The notes: generated by a model from the letters alone, not told the origin. Counted from the stretch's first letter, positions 1-14,880 are shown. The stretch: 64,000 nt of DNA from Felis catus (GCF_018350175.1 NC_058368.1:65288001-65352000), one strand, 5' to 3'. Made by a program: numbers and translations.

Positions 1-269
1 CCCCCACGCATTGTAAGACCTACCAGGAGTCGAGGGGCATGTTGGTAGCCGGCAGCATCAGCATCATCTGGGAGTCCAGCTAATTCAAGAACATTCATTT
101 TAATTAAATTCCTAGATGGTCCATATGTACGTTAAAACAACTACCCACATATGGGGTGGTGAAAACTATTACTGTTCTTCTCACATCTCTCAGATACTTT
201 CATTATTTTTATGCACACTAGCTACCAGTTTGCTTTTAATCCCAACACTCAGTGCCTGTTCTAACTTTA

Positions 270-637
270 GGCTGCCAGAACAAACTCTGCCCGTGAGCAA
301 AGAGCACCCAAAGAGATTAAGAATATACCTCCCAGTGGGCAACCCTTAACCAATGTTGGACAGGTGAGAGCAATAAATATTCTATCATTTCCATCCCTTA
401 ATTCTTCATGACATTCTTCCCCTAATAAGTCATGAACTATGTTTTCTTCATGGTTCTGTTACAGGATTGAGCCAAAGTTCCTATTGGAATCTTTGCTCCG
501 TGTCATATCCTTGATGGGCCTCCTTCTCTTAATTTTGTTCGTGTTCCCATCCTGTTTCCCTGGGAATACATTCTAATAAGTCACTTTCACCTGGATCCTG
601 TCACAGGGTCTGTTGTTGCAGAAGCCAATTAAGATAT
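270..637 (+). mobile_element. Old ERVL LTR fragment (LTR16-like)
   Basis: 3' end ...aataagtcactttcacctggatcctgtcacagggtctgttgttgcagaagccaattaagata resembles LTR16-family termini. Boundaries approximate. Confidence 0.55.
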
Positions 638-792
638 AAGGCAAAGTAGAGTTAATAAACCACAGTCTAATAAATAACTCTCCCATATTTTTGCTCTATC
701 CTGGTATTTACCAAGTGTAGTATATGTAAAAGGTACTGGTTTCATATCGGCATCAGAAGCAGAAGTGATTTTTTAAAAGTTGCTGACAAGAA

Positions 793-1170
793 TTTCTGCT
801 TCCAACCAGGATGGAATAACAAAGACCAAATTCACCCTCTCACTTGAAGCAAGTAGGAAAAAAAAAACAGTCATCGATATATGAAATAACGATTTTCAAG
901 CTAGTTTAAAATCAGGTAGCAAGAAAGAGTCATCTCTGAGAGACAAGAAAGAGTTAAGTCCTGTGATTGCCCCAGCTTCCTCGCTTTGGGGAGTTTCTAG
1001 GCTACAGTGCAAGGAGAGGCAACCTACACAGAGCTTCGTGGACTCCCTGATTGGAGGAACAGAGGCTGTGAGGAGGTCAAGGCACCTGGAACTGGCGGGA
1101 AGAAGCCAAGGGGAGAGAGGTGCACAGAGAGGAAAATTATACCACATGGAAATATGGATCTACAAGAAGA
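793..1170 (+). mobile_element. Ancient L1 5'-end fragment (L1MC/L1MD-like)
   Basis: cttccaaccaggatggaataacaaagaccaaattcaccctc...gattgccccagctt resembles old L1M 5' UTR consensus. Confidence 0.6.
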
Positions 1171-1283
1171 ATTAAGTGGACTGGACTTGGTGACTGCGTG
1201 GGTAAACAGTAAAGGGTTTTTTCTTGTTATTAAAAAAGTTGATTACAAAAATGCAGTGAATTTTACTACACATGGAGCTATAA

Positions 1284-1288
<5 letters not shown>

Positions 1289-1330
<42 letters not shown>
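1289..1330. repeat. (TA)n microsatellite
   Basis: About 21 perfect TA units. Confidence 0.98.
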
Positions 1331-1331
<1 letters not shown>

Positions 1332-2494
1332 CAGGCATTTTGCTGTTTAATTTAAATATTAAATCCCATTAATTTCAGTGACTATTTTATATATTTTTTT
1401 GGAAATTGACATCTACTGAGAATGACATTTCTGTAATACCATTCTGATTTTTGTAGTTCTGACCATCGCCCATATTCCCGTAAGAAGAGTACAGTTTACT
1501 TTGTTTCCTTACTACAACGGATTACTATCGTATCACAAACTTAATAGTCTATCCAATAAGAAAGAATTATCAAAAGTACTCCAAACCATTGGCTTATAAA
1601 TCTTTGATATGATGAATGACTGCTAACTTTCTTTTACACTTTTAAGATATATGAACTAATTTTTACCAAGAAATCTGCAGCTGGAATGCTTTTCTTCTTA
1701 GTGTCTATAAATATTTAGAAAGTTCAATTATCATGCTTAAAATTGCCAGAGCTGGATTATGCTTAACCATTTAAAATATTGATTTGCTTAGATGTTCTTA
1801 GATAAAACTTTATCATTACAAGTTGAATTTAATGTTATTCCATAATGGACTTTTAACACTAAGTAATAAATGAGGCTCTATGTAGATAAGTAGTTTTCTT
1901 GGTCTCTTTATCTTAACTGAAAGAATTCATTACTAGGGGAATTTTTGCCCCTAACTGCTCCAAAACTCATAGGAAACATTCATTTTTGAGCAACCAGATA
2001 GGTACATAACATAAAACTAATGTAACACAATGAAAGTACTCTCAGACCTTTCCAAGAATTATTGCAAATGAAAATAGTATAATGTTCAAATAAAATGTTT
2101 AAAATGTAAAATACTGCACATTTATAGGAATTTATAGACAATCATTCAGTAATTATATAAGTGAGATATATTATAGTACAAAGTTGTTACATCGTAAATA
2201 TGATGTTTTTCCAGTTTTGTCCATATATTCTATAATTTTGGAAGGTTTTTTAAGAGAGAAAAAATTAATTTAAAAAATGAATTCACTTACCTTTCTCTCA
2301 GAAAACAGCTTATTTGCATGTTGAATGTACAAATACCACTAAGGAACCATTCAATTACCAGGGGAATATGAAAACAAAAACATCAAAATTTCTTTTAGTC
2401 ACTTTGGTAAGATAATCTCTACCTGTAATAAAAAATAAAGTTCAAGAGAACTAACAAGTATAGGGAAATAAAATTTTACCAGAAATATAGAAAT

Positions 2495-2717
2495 GGGGGC
2501 GACTGTGTGGCTCAGTCGGTTAAGCGTCTGCCTTCAGCTCAGGTCATGATCTCGCTGCTCGTGAGTTCGCGCCCCATATTAGGCTCTGTGCTGACAGCTC
2601 AGAGCCTAGAGCCTGCTTCAGATCCTGTGTCTCCCTCTCTCTCTGCCCCTCTCCCGCTCGTGCTCTCTCTCTCTCTCTCAAAAATAAAATAATAATAAAA
2701 TGTTAAAAAATTAAAAT
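2495..2717 (+). mobile_element. Can-SINE (SINEC_Fc2-like)
   Basis: tRNA-derived head (tggctcagtcggttaagcg, gagttcg), CT tract and A-rich tail. TSD aaatatagaaat/aaatgtagaaat. Confidence 0.95.
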
Positions 2718-3623
2718 AAATGTAGAAATTTAGGTCTCTGCACGTTTCTGAGGAATTAAAAATGATCAGTGCGAAATATTTGTTAATAAAGTGAGTTTAG
2801 AGGGTTAAAAATTAAAATGTCAAGTTGAATCATTTCAGGACACAAAGGTAGAAAGGAAATTGTTATTTTAATTATCATATAATTATTTTTCAGACTTTAA
2901 AAATATGTCATTAAAATTAATTGATATATTAAAGTCAGATTTCAAGAGTGAGAAAATTTGATTTTGCACTTGGAGAATTATGTTTCTATAGTATTACAAT
3001 TTCTATAATAAAAAAGATATCACCTTTACACACTCTCCATAATGTTGGCGAGACAATGGTTGAAATATTTTCAGGTGTTTAACATTCCAGTTGATGGTTT
3101 TTGCATGAATCCTGATTAACAAAATTGATGAGTTGTAACTTGTACTACATGGTGTCAACCCACTAATAAAAGGTGAGAGGTGCTATAAAATGTAGTCATT
3201 CTCTCATCCTCTTACATATTTTTCTTCACCAAATTGTTTATCAGGCCCTGCTATATATAATATATATGTTAGTACCTATCATACCTGCTATAAAACAGGT
3301 ATTTTTTTAGACCCTGTGAATACACAATTTGTCCTCCTAAGACACACACAGGTTAGTGGAGAGGAATAGAGAAACTATTATGAAATGCCTAAGTGGGAAG
3401 AAAGTACAGAGGAAGCTGATAATGTGTAATTTTTTTAACATTTATAATCATTACTCTTATGCAGATATAAAATGAATAGACATCAAAGATTTTATTTAGT
3501 TCATTAATTAATAAGTGCCTATAAGATGGTAAAGCTTGTGTGAATGAGAATCTGAAGAACAGATGGGTGCAGAGGTAGATGTTGATGTAGATACAGTTAT
3601 GCAGACACATTCAAGAATGTTGG

Positions 3624-3810
3624 AGGGTGCCTGGCTGGCTAGGTCAGTTGAGCGTCCAACTCTTGATTTTGGCTCAAGTCATGATCTCATGGTTCAGGCT
3701 CTGCACTGACAGCGTAGAGGCTGCTTGGGATTTTCTCTCTCCCTCTCTTTCTCTCTGCTCCTCCCCTTTCTTTCTCTCTCATTCAAAATAAATAAATAAG
3801 CATAAAAAAA
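3624..3810 (+). mobile_element. Can-SINE (older subfamily)
   Basis: gggtgcctggctggct head, gcttgggatt-CT tract and A tail. Confidence 0.9.
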
Positions 3811-4313
3811 ATAATGTCGGAATGACTGCTTACAGGCTCAAAACTGAGGAAATAACACATAACCTTTGGAATGTATTTTTCCATAGAGCAAGTATCAGTT
3901 GTATCTCTCCAGGAAAAAACTCATTTACATTTAGGTGGACAAAAATGGCTTTTATTGCAATCAGTTTCCTATGATTTACAAAGTTAAAAAAAAGGTAATC
4001 GAAGGCACAAACCCAATTCCGAAAGCACAGTGTCACCTAGACAACCAACCAAAAGAGAATGCTTTTAGTAGACATTACAGTCTAATTTATTCAAACCCTC
4101 CAGAAATAGGGAAACATTACACAGTCACATCCTGAAAGGTCAAGGCCTTTCTCAATTAGAGGGCACACAGACAAAGAGATTGACACCTAGAGAGCATACA
4201 GTTTCAGTTTTATAATCTTAGGCAAGGGTCAAAAGTAACACAGAAACACAAGAACTCATGACTCACTGATTCAGATTTTTAAGAGTTGTTCTCATTATCA
4301 GTCAACAGAAAAT

Positions 4314-6374
4314 TCTTTGTTTTAAAATTTTATTTGTTTAAATTCAAGTTAGCTAACATACAGTGTAGTATTGGTTTCAGTAGAACCTAGTGATGCATCA
4401 ATTACATACAACACCCAGAGCTCATCCCAACAAGCGCCCTCCTTAATGCCCATCACCCATTTAGCCCATCACCCCACCTATCTCCTCTCCAGCAGTCCTC
4501 AGTTTGTTCTCTGTATTTAAGAGTTTCTTATGGTTTGCCTCTCTCTCTGTTTTTATCATATTTTTCCTTCCCTTCTTCTTTGTTCATCTGTTTTGTTTCT
4601 TAAATTCCATACATGAGTAAAATCATATGGTGTTTGTCTTATGGGTGTTGTCCCATTTCACTTAGCACAATACACCCCAGTTCCATCCATATTGTTGCAA
4701 ATGGCAAGATTTCATTCTTTTGCATCACTGAGTAGTATTCCATTGTATATGTATACCACACCTTTATCCATTCATCAGTTGGTGGACATTTGGGCTCTTT
4801 CCATAATTTGGCTATTGTTGATAGCACTGTTATTAACATTGGGGTGCATATGCACCTTCGAATCAGCATTTTTGTATCCTTTGGATAAATACCTAGTAGA
4901 GCAATTGCTGGGTCATAGGGTAGTTCTATCTTTAATTTTCTCAGGAACTTCCGTACTGTTTTCCAGAGTGGCTGTACCAGTTTACATTCCCACCAACGGT
5001 GCAAAAGTGTTTCCCTTTCTCTGCATTCTTGCCAACATCTATTGTTTCCTGAGTTGTTCATTTTAGCCATTCTGGCAGGTGTGAGGCAGTATCTCATTGT
5101 GGTTTTGGTTTGTATTTCTCTGATGATAAATGATGTTGAGCATTTTTTCATGTGTCTGTTAGCCATCTGAATGTCTTCTTTGGAAAAGTGTCTATTCATG
5201 TCTTCTGCCCATTTCTTCACTGGATTATTTGTTTTATGGGTGTTGAGTTTGATAAGTTTTTTATAGATTTTGGATAATAACCCTTTATCTGATATGTCAT
5301 TTATAAATATCTTCTCCCAGTTTATTGGTTGCCTTTTAGTTTCGTTCATTGTTTTCTTTGCAGTGCAGAAGCTTTTTATCTTGATGAGGTCCCAATAATT
5401 CATTATTGCTTTTATTTCCTTTGCCTCCAGAGACTTGTAAGAAGTTGCTGTGGCTGAGGTCAAAGAGATTGCTGCCTGTTTTCTTCTCTAGGATTTTGAT
5501 GGTTTCCTGTCTCACATTTAGGCCTTGAATCCATTTTGAATTTATTTTTGGGTATGGTGCAAGAAAGTGGTCCAGCTTCATTCTTCTGCATGTCGCTGTC
5601 CAGTTTTCCCAGCATGATTTGCTGAAGAGACTGTCTTTTTTTCATTGGATACTCTTTCCTGCTTTGTCGAAGATTAGTTAGCCATACATTTGTGGGTCCT
5701 CTTGTGGTTCTCTATTCTGTTTCATTGATCTATGTATCCGTTTTTGTGCCAGAACCATACTGTCTTGATGATTAGAGCTTTGTAATACAGCTTGAAGTCC
5801 AGAATTGTGATGCCTTCAGCTTTGGTTTTCTTTTTCAACATTACTTTGGCTATTGGGGGTCGTTTGTGGTTCCACACAAATTTTAGGATTGTTTACTCTA
5901 GCTTAGTGAAAAATGCTGGTGTTATTTGGTTGGGATTGCACTGTGTGTGTAGATTGCTTTGGGTAGTATAGACATTGTAATAATATTTGTTCTTCCAATC
6001 TATGAGCATGGAATGTTTTTCCATTTATTTGAGTCTTCTTCAATTTCTTTCATAAGCTTTCCATAGTTTTCAATGTATAGATATTTCACCTCTTTGGTTA
6101 GGTTTATTCCCAGGTATGTTACAGTTTTTGATGCAATTGTAAGTGGGATCAATTCCTTGATTTGCTGTTCTGCTGCTTTGTTGTTGGTGTATAGAAATGC
6201 AACCAGTTCCTGTACACTGAGTATATATCTTGTGACTTTAGTGAATTCACATATCAGTCCTAGTAGTTTTCTGGAGGAGTCTTCTAGGTTTTCCATGTAG
6301 AGTATCATGTCATCTGTGAAGAGTGAAAGTTTGACTACTTCTTTGCCAATTCCTACACCTTTCATTTCTTTTTT
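4314..6374 (-). mobile_element. 5'-truncated carnivore LINE-1 (ORF2 RT C-part, C-terminal domain, 3'UTR)
   Basis: Minus-strand ORFs 6000-6365 (SLFTDDMILY, degenerate RT FADD motif) and 4639-5463 ([18 protein letters not shown] zinc knuckle). Perfect 12-bp TSD tcaacagaaaat at 4302-4313 and 6375-6386. Confidence 0.97.
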
Positions 6375-9043
6375 TCAACAGAAAATAGACAATAAATACA
6401 CCATATTCCCTGTCATTTCTCATTCATTACAAAATATATTTCTATCATCCATTTGACAGAGATTGTCAAAAAGTCCCACTATAAAATCAATTTTCTAATC
6501 ACTGTTGTCACCAATATGGAATAAATTATCATACTGTACAACACCCTCCCCTGCCCTGATTACACACATCCCCACACATGCATACAAAGAATTGGTAGAA
6601 GGGGGAAATCTAGGGAAAGAGAGTCAGCAACATTTAAATTTTTTTGCCATTTGGAATTTCCCACAAGCTACATTTTTACAAAAACCTGGCTCTTTCGGAT
6701 GAACCCATCATGTATGTCTGTAGGACCTCCCAAATTGTTCAAATATAATTAAAAACGATGTAAATCCAAGACTCTTACACTGATGTAAGACATTTTATTT
6801 AGTTTATTAATGACTGAACCAGTAAGATTTTAAAACTTGTTCAAAGGAAAATTCAGATATTATATATAACATCAATAATGCTGAAATGAATTTCCCAGTA
6901 AACTGAAAATGGCTTAATTATCCTGTTGGACAATAAAATATAACTTTTCAAATCATCTTTTCTTCAAGACAGAAACTAACTGTATCTCTACTGATGGAGC
7001 AAGATTTATTTGTATTTCTATGGACAGTAATTTTTTGCATTACTGTAAGTTTTCTACAACAAACACAGCTGTAAAATAACCTAGTCAGGCACTTGGAGTT
7101 GCCATACAATGAGAGATCTCCAAAGGGCCAGCTAGAAAATCCCAGCTTTCCATTAAAAGGCTACCCAGAAATCTTTTGTGGCTGATTTTCAAGTTTTTCA
7201 ATTTTCCTAACAGAGACCAAAAGAGGAGGTAAGATACTGAAAACAAGGAAAAATCCGGGAAAATGAGGTAAAAGATAGGTGACGAGAATATATTAAAACA
7301 CAAGGAAAAGATGGCAGAAAGGGAGAGTTGAATAAGATAGTGTCACAAAAGAGTACCAGGTATTCAGGGAATATTGAAAGTCCAGTCTAGTTCAAGGAAA
7401 ATAACACTGGAGAGTTGCACTTAAACCAGGTCTTTTCGTGCTGCTCTTTTAAAGTAGTGAATAACTTCACAGTTTTTGGATTTTCTCCATCAGAGATGAC
7501 TCTGTTGCTATGAAGAGTGACGTAGAGTTAAGAGCTTTGAATCAAGGATATTATATATGGTAAAAAAAATGGTGAAGTTCTGGAATGAGGCAGTGTTGGT
7601 AGGGAAAGAGAAAAGTCAATACAAGAGTAATTCCAGAAATAGGATCTGAGAATCTTTAGAATGAGTAGAGTAAGTCATTTTTACCCTTCCGACCGAGTTG
7701 AGATAACTTTTTAAATCTTAGATTATTGCCCTAGCCCACAGCAAACATACAGGCAGATTTGAATTTCATGGGTCAAATCTTAGTATCAGTGTAAGCACCT
7801 GATGACTGTGTCGGATTTAAATGCAGACGTGAGAAGCTGTCATTAGATACTTTCTAAAGGTAGCTCCTCATAGCCTGGGGTAGTTTAGACACAATTTTCA
7901 TAGTCACAAAGCAGATTTTTTTAAAACTCAGAATATGTTTATTCAAATTTTAAAAGTAGCACAAGACAAATTAATAAATTTTGGAATTGAATCAATACAC
8001 TTTTATTTCATAATAAAAAAGAAAAATATGACTATCTTTCATGAATAGATACCAAGATTATGAATTTAGTACTATTTTTTTTTCATCATCTTTGTTTTAG
8101 AGATTTAGGCTCTTTTTACTTTTTTCTGCTGGAAGTTTGAGATGCATATTAGACACTTAACAATTTATGATGGTTACTTTGATAACAATGACTTATTGTA
8201 TAATGTACGCCCATCTATTTTTTTAATTTGCTATAAATATATAAGCTTATATATCAATGCTTAAAAAAATAACAGGCAACTAGCACAAACTATATGTGGT
8301 TTTTTTTTCCCCCAGCAGGTGGAGAATTATGTTCTGACAGAAGTGACATTTCTCTGCCTCCCCCAGAATATTTTTAACTGAGAACTCATGGGGGAGATTG
8401 TGGTAATAAAAATACAACCTAGCAATGAATTTATTATAGTAGATTTTTTATTATAAAGATGTTAAGTCAGGAGAAATAGTTTATGAGACTGCTGATTCTT
8501 AAAATATGAACCACTTTCCCCTCCCCAATTTTAGCAAAGTCTGATAAAAAAGACAACAAGAACATGTTGAAAATGTAGAGCTATAGCTGCTCTTTATTTC
8601 TTAGATCTTCAATCATGAATTTAGAATATGGTTTTGAAATGTAGAGCACATTTCATTAAAATGGTTTTTATCATTGAAATCTCCCATCCCAAAGATTCTC
8701 TCTCCTGTTCTTTATGATAAGAAAATGAATCTCCATTTTGGCAATTGGTAGAGAGATGTGTTAATCAGTTTGCTCTGTCTTAATAGATAAGCTGATTTTA
8801 CATTAGAAAAGAAATTTTATAGGATTATTTAACTTGCAATCTAGATCAGGGAGGACAAACATGTAGCGTGAATTCCACCACTCACCTCCCCCTGTCTCGT
8901 GACAGACTTTCCTAATCTAGCAGGTACCTTTTTTTCTCTAAGGCTAGAAGTGACCTCAGAGCCATCCTCAATCACTTGGAGTTAGCACATAATAGAAAAG
9001 TAATTGCCAGCCATTAGTTAACACTCTACGAGGGGTGAAGTAA

Positions 9044-9264
9044 TTTTTTTAAAGAATTTTTTTTAATGTTTATTTATTTTTGAGCGAGAGAGAGTACGAG
9101 TACGAGCAGGGGAGGGGCAGAGAGTGAGGGAGACAGAGAAGATCTGAAGCTGTTTCCACACTGACAGCAGAAAGCCCGATGTGGGGCTTGAACTTTCACA
9201 AACCCTGAAATCATGACCTGAGCCCAAGTCAGATGCTCAACCTACTGAGCCACCCACGAACCCC
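9044..9264 (-). mobile_element. Can-SINE
   Basis: Reverse-complement SINE: T-rich tail, GA tract, ...ctgagccaccca. Confidence 0.92.
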
Positions 9265-11629
9265 AGGAATCAAATAATTTAAAAATGAAGACTTTACTTC
9301 AAATACTATTAATCACCACTATCATACAGTTCATTATTTCGGTGATGTTCCTATACCACTGGGTATAAATATAAATGGTAGCCAAAACAACTATAATGAG
9401 AAACAGTTAATATATAGCCATTATAATAACAGGATTCAATCATATATGTTCCTTGCTACCAATACTTCCCAGAATTTACTGAAGATCTGGATAATTTCCA
9501 AATGTTTATAATGGAGATGTAATAGATTGATACATTTCTACAGTTTTTAGTTCTTGTGTAATGAGCTCAAAATGCAGAATTTCCAGGGGTACAGAATATA
9601 TTTACCATGAAAACTAAATAAGAGCCAGAAATCAAGACACTTGATACATTACATATATGTAAATATATTTGTATTATTTATGTTCATGAACACATAAATT
9701 TAGCACAGCAGATAGCACAGACCAGCTATCCAGATCCTCAGACTTCTACAATGACTTTAAACATGGAAATAGTCAGAATAGTCAAAAGATAACGTTTTCT
9801 AGACGCAAGATGCCCTTCTCGACACTGAAAATTTGAATTGTGATTCTTGCAATGTGGTGTAGTGGTAAGAACAAATCCAATTTTGAATTCCGTTTTTTTC
9901 ACAGGGTTTTATTTGGTTGAAATCATACACAACAATGGCAGAAAAACACGAGGGACTCAAATGTTATGTGCCATCCCTCCCTCTTTCTGTGAAAACTAGA
10001 CCATAAGCTCTTGGAGAGCAAGAGGTGTACCTTTATTTATGTTTAAAACCTCATATAAGACAGTGCCAGGCTTGATAATAGGTCTTGGGGAGGAATAAAC
10101 TATTGATTGGTTTAGCTACTGGAAGGATAATAGCATCCTGATTGGCTGTAATATCTTTGTGTTAGTTTGATGCTACTGGTAGAGCTAGTGTGAGGTTTTA
10201 AATTGGTTTGAATAGAGGATCAGCATTTCTTTTCCTATATAGCGCACCTGTAAGTCTCTGGACATGTGCACATCCTTACCATTTTCTGGCTAACTTATTG
10301 TATTCCTTGAGTATGAATTCTAATAGCACACGTTAACTCATTTGCAAAATTGACTCTCCTCCTGACCCTTAACGCTCTTCTGAAAATCTAAGATAAGTTT
10401 TCTTATTCTAATTTAAATTTCATTTTCTTGAAAGGTTATGATCATTTGACTGCTTTTGAATCAGAATTAATATCATATGTTCAAGTATTGAAAACTGATG
10501 ATTTTAGGATCTTTTGCAAGGTAATAGTCAAGACATTACTGTTTATTCTGCTGTTTGTAGCCAGTTAAAATACTAAACTCCATCACGAAGAAATTAAAAT
10601 TTTCTCCAAAATGTATTGGAAAATATTCAATAGGTTCAAAATGACCTTAGGCTTGTAGGGCTTGAGGGTACATGAAGATGGTGAATGTCAGAACGGCTAA
10701 ATCCACTAAATTGATCATTTTATTCATTCTCAGATTCTTTAGATTCTCAAGTCCTAATTGAGTGCCAGTTACAGGGAAGACCTTTTTCTAGGGTTTGGAA
10801 TAATCAAATTTAACAAACAAAACCCAAAATTCTGGATATTCTGAGCCACTACTCTTTCAATTAGTGTATCAAAGTCACCATTCTAAGTGTAGCCATACCC
10901 CTGCTTTGGTTGCTCTTAGGAAAGTTATATAAAGAGGCCAGTTGTCAATCCATAAGACATAAATCATAACGTGGCCCATAGTTACATTAAAATATACTAC
11001 ACTAATTAATGGAGTTGAAGTGGTATTCCTTAAAGAAATAATAGTAAAACATACCTTCGTAAGTATGCCTGAGATTGAAAGTTTTGAAGGCATGATCTCT
11101 GTATTTGTTTGTTCTTCTTGAGGCCTTCTACTATACCACCTCTTCTTATCCAATTATCAAGAAAAAAAAATTAAACTTGAAAGGACCTCAACTCAATAGG
11201 GCCCTATATGTGATATGTATATTTGATAAATGTTTTTATGAATAAATGGGCTGTATAAATAGTCTATTTAGAGAAATCAGAGTTGTCACAAGTTGTGGAG
11301 TTGACGTGAAAAGCTGAGAAAGATTACCATCACATTCCCAGTACCTGAAGCCAATGTACACGTGGAAGTCCATCCACAGAGAGGATTGCCCTAAATTTGG
11401 ACAAGTGGAGTTCTCCCTTGTCCCTCTTTCACAGTTCAGGGTCCCCTGGGCTTTGAAATATCTTTTGTCAAAATTGTTTCTCTCCAGTTGCTGGGATAAC
11501 CAGGCCTGGTATGTCATTTTGGATCGGGAGGCAGTGCCCCAAGCCTACACCTGGACACACATAGGCCATGTCCTCATGTCTCGTATTTGAGATACTTTCC
11601 AAACTCAGGCTAACACTCTCTTGCTTGTT

Positions 11630-11700
11630 CATGCGTGTCCATATGCATGTATGCGTGTACACACATTCACGCACACACACGCACGCTTGCATGTGTGCAC
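11630..11700. repeat. Imperfect alternating purine-pyrimidine (TG/CA/CG) tract
   Basis: atgcgtgtccatatgcatgtatgcgtgtacacacattcacgcacacacacgcacgc... Confidence 0.75.
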
Positions 11701-14700
11701 GGAGTTAACCGGATGCCTCAAGTTGTTCAATGGCTTGAACCTATAGAATCACTCTGAGGCCCTGCCTTGGTTGATTAAGGTTTACAGAACAGTCCCTCCC
11801 TTGCCCCTTTTGGAAGCACCAAGAGCCTCCTGAGTGTGCCTGCAGTTAGTGATTCACGTACAACTCAAGGAGCCTAAGTTCTGAAGGAAAAACAAGGTCT
11901 CTTGTGGAAGCCATAAGCAATAAATTAGAATGAATGCAACACATATGAAGCAAGAGTCATTTTCTCGCTCCATTCTAATAAAAATGCTGGGTGAGGGAGA
12001 AGACAGAAGGCTGGAAGCTAATAGAATGTAGTTTCCCTGTGTGCTCTGTGTGGGCTGAACCTTGATAGGATCAGGGTCTCCAGAGGGTGGAGATGTGCAT
12101 TTGCACTCTCCTACCTGGAGACACTGTAGTCTGTATAGTCTCTAATGTCCCTTGTACTGCAATGGAAAGGGAGCAGTGAAATCAATACAGAAAGGATGCC
12201 ATGTGAACTGAGATAACTGCTGGAGGTGCAGGAGGGCAGCCCACAGAGGGCAGAGGTAAGTTGAGGCAAAGAAAGCTACCACTACTGGCAGTTCACACAC
12301 ACTTGTGGAGGTGCAGGATTCTAGGTGAGAAGTCAGGGACCGGAAGAAGATCTGTTAATCTCAGATAATGCTGTCCCAGAAAATAACCATGACCAACAAT
12401 CAGGTGATTTGTTTTCACCAATGCCCAAACGTCTCACCATCTCCACACGGACCAAATGAACCCTCCCTGGGGAGGGAGATACGTCTGAGAAAATTCTTAG
12501 GTGACTACATGTACATTGACTTGGCAAGGTTAAATTTCCTGCTACTGAGTAGAAGAGAGACTTAGGATCGAAATTAAGTTCCATTATAGGAAGCCAAAGG
12601 AAGTTCCATTCCTCACACCTGAGTTTGTGTCCTGTGAAAATTCATAACCGTTACACAAATATGAAACTTTCCATTTGAGTTGCTACCAATTGCAATGAAC
12701 AATAATTTTTCATGATGGTTAACTCATTCTTTGAATCAACTTGAACAGGAACACGCTTTAGCCCAAAACACAGAAAGAAAAAAAAAACTTAAAATCTTCT
12801 TGCCAAAGTCCAAAGGCTTCTTATAATGACTATTTCAATTCAGGGCTGTGATGCCCCATATTTCTGTTGAATGGTGAAGTATGTGTGATTCATTAAGCTC
12901 TCATTCATTATGAAAATAGACTAGCAAATTATATTCTTTGTAAGTGAAATCATTATGGAAGTAATTTACAAAATACATTAAGCTCTTTCATGATCTTCCT
13001 AAAGGAAAAGCCCAATAGTTTTAAACACATTCCAAGGTCATTATCATTTTGAAATCTTAGATCTCACTTTTCATCAGTAATTTTGTGAACTATCTCTTGC
13101 ACAAATATCCAAATTTAGTTACACTTTGCACAGCACAAAATTACTTTTTATGTGCGCTCAGGAGATTCATGATTCAACTATGTTTTTGTGAAGTTTAAAG
13201 TAAAGACGAAATTCTACTTCCTTAAATGCCGTGTTCAAATGTTCTTTTTTTTCCTCTCACATTTGTGTAAGCCAGCCTTGCCCCTTAGAGACCGTAACAT
13301 GATCCTCCATCTCCTCAAGTTTTGTATTAAATCATCATTTTAAAGTTGTAAAAGCAACATATAAACCAGGCAGCATGCTCCAAGTTTAAAATAAGGTTGT
13401 TTGACCCTCCGTGGAGTTTTAAAATCAGTTATCTACTTAAATTAAGGTAGAAGTCAGACCAGAGGTAGCATCCTATGCTGTGCACACTCACAATACTGTT
13501 CATTACCACGAACATGCCAGTACATGTCTGTTTCCCAGGAAAAATAGAGCCCTATTCATTATTCATAGAGGTCCTCTTGTACAGTAAAGACATTCATTCC
13601 GTAATGGCTCTATGACTAGGGTGTTGTGAAGCCCAAAGATGTTATTTTTGGAAGATAGTTTACCAATTAAAAGCAAACAGCACCGGATTGCTTAGTAATG
13701 TCCTCGACATTGATTGGCTATGATTGCAAATGAACATCAGGAGAAAACTGAAGGCACAGTGCCCACTGCTGCTCTGCTTGCCTCGGACACCTCCCTGGAA
13801 ACAGATCGTTAGCGGATGGAACTTCCAACTTCCAAGCTCAGACTTTTTCTTTTCTCCAAGTAACTTAAAAAAGACACTAGGTTTACTCCATCACATTTAA
13901 TTCTTTCCCCCTGAAATGTAATAAAATGTGTGAAGTTAATATAGAGCCAAGTGTTAGAAATGATTCCTTAGAAGTGAATTCAGACTCTAAAGACAAACAG
14001 CGGCATATTCTTCAAGTAAAAAAGAAAATGACGATATTTTATATGAAATTAAATCTATTGTACTTTTTTTTTTGTAGCTGATAAAGAATGGGGGATGTTA
14101 GCCGTAAATATTTTATGGAATTCAGTGGAGTTAAGTTTGTTTAGATTTTGAGTTACCAATAAACGACATACATCAAGATCAATGCTGTTTTCTTAACCAC
14201 AGGTCTAAAAATTATTGCTAGTTTGTATTTGCTATGCAGGCTGTAAACTTAAAGGTTTCTTATTCTTTTCCTTAGTGTTTACTGATCTTTTAAAATGTGA
14301 CACACTTTGGGTGTAGTGTTGTCATAGACCGCTTAGGAAACTTTGCTCTCTATGGGAGGTGAGGGCACATTTGTGAGTACTTGTAGGAGAAGAAACAAAA
14401 AAACCCACTTATGCATAAAACTCAGTGAAAATATTAGCATTGATAGAAAATATGTTACAGGATTTGCCTGGTCACATTGAGAAGTTGTTTTCCAGGCTTA
14501 GTGTGAAGCACATTTTATTGCTAAAATTCTAGTTATTATTCATAGTAATGGCTAAGTGGAGGAAGAAAATTTTCTTTGGACCTCTGTGTCCATGTATATT
14601 CATTCTAACCATGAAGGTGAATGGTAGAATTTGAAAAGCTATATAAGTATGAGTTGTTATTGAAAACATTATCCTTGTAACTTGCCTAAGAGATGATATT

Positions 14701-14833
14701 CACTATTTCATAGAATCAGTATTTTTGTTTTTTGGAGTCAGTCTGTCTTCATAACATGATCATAATCTTTGTCAAAGGGGAAAGTAAAATTTATCAGTGA
14801 ATTTTAAAATTCATGGTACGTTATTGGTATGTT

Positions 14834-14880
14834 ACTATTTACCTGGTCCCATTAGGACTATTTACTTGGTTCCATTAGGA
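14834..14880. repeat. 23-bp tandem duplication (2 copies, 2 mismatches)
   Basis: actatttacctggtcccattagg / actatttacttggttccattagg. Confidence 0.85.

Noticed and set aside
2507..2692. Family of similar ~60-70 aa ORFs beginning MAQSV/MAQLV (also 36456, 49664, 52779, 55920)
   Set aside because: Translations of Can-SINE bodies from GTG; not a gene family.
4639..5463. 274-aa ORF as a host gene
   Set aside because: L1 ORF2p C-terminal fragment within a 5'-truncated, frameshifted element.
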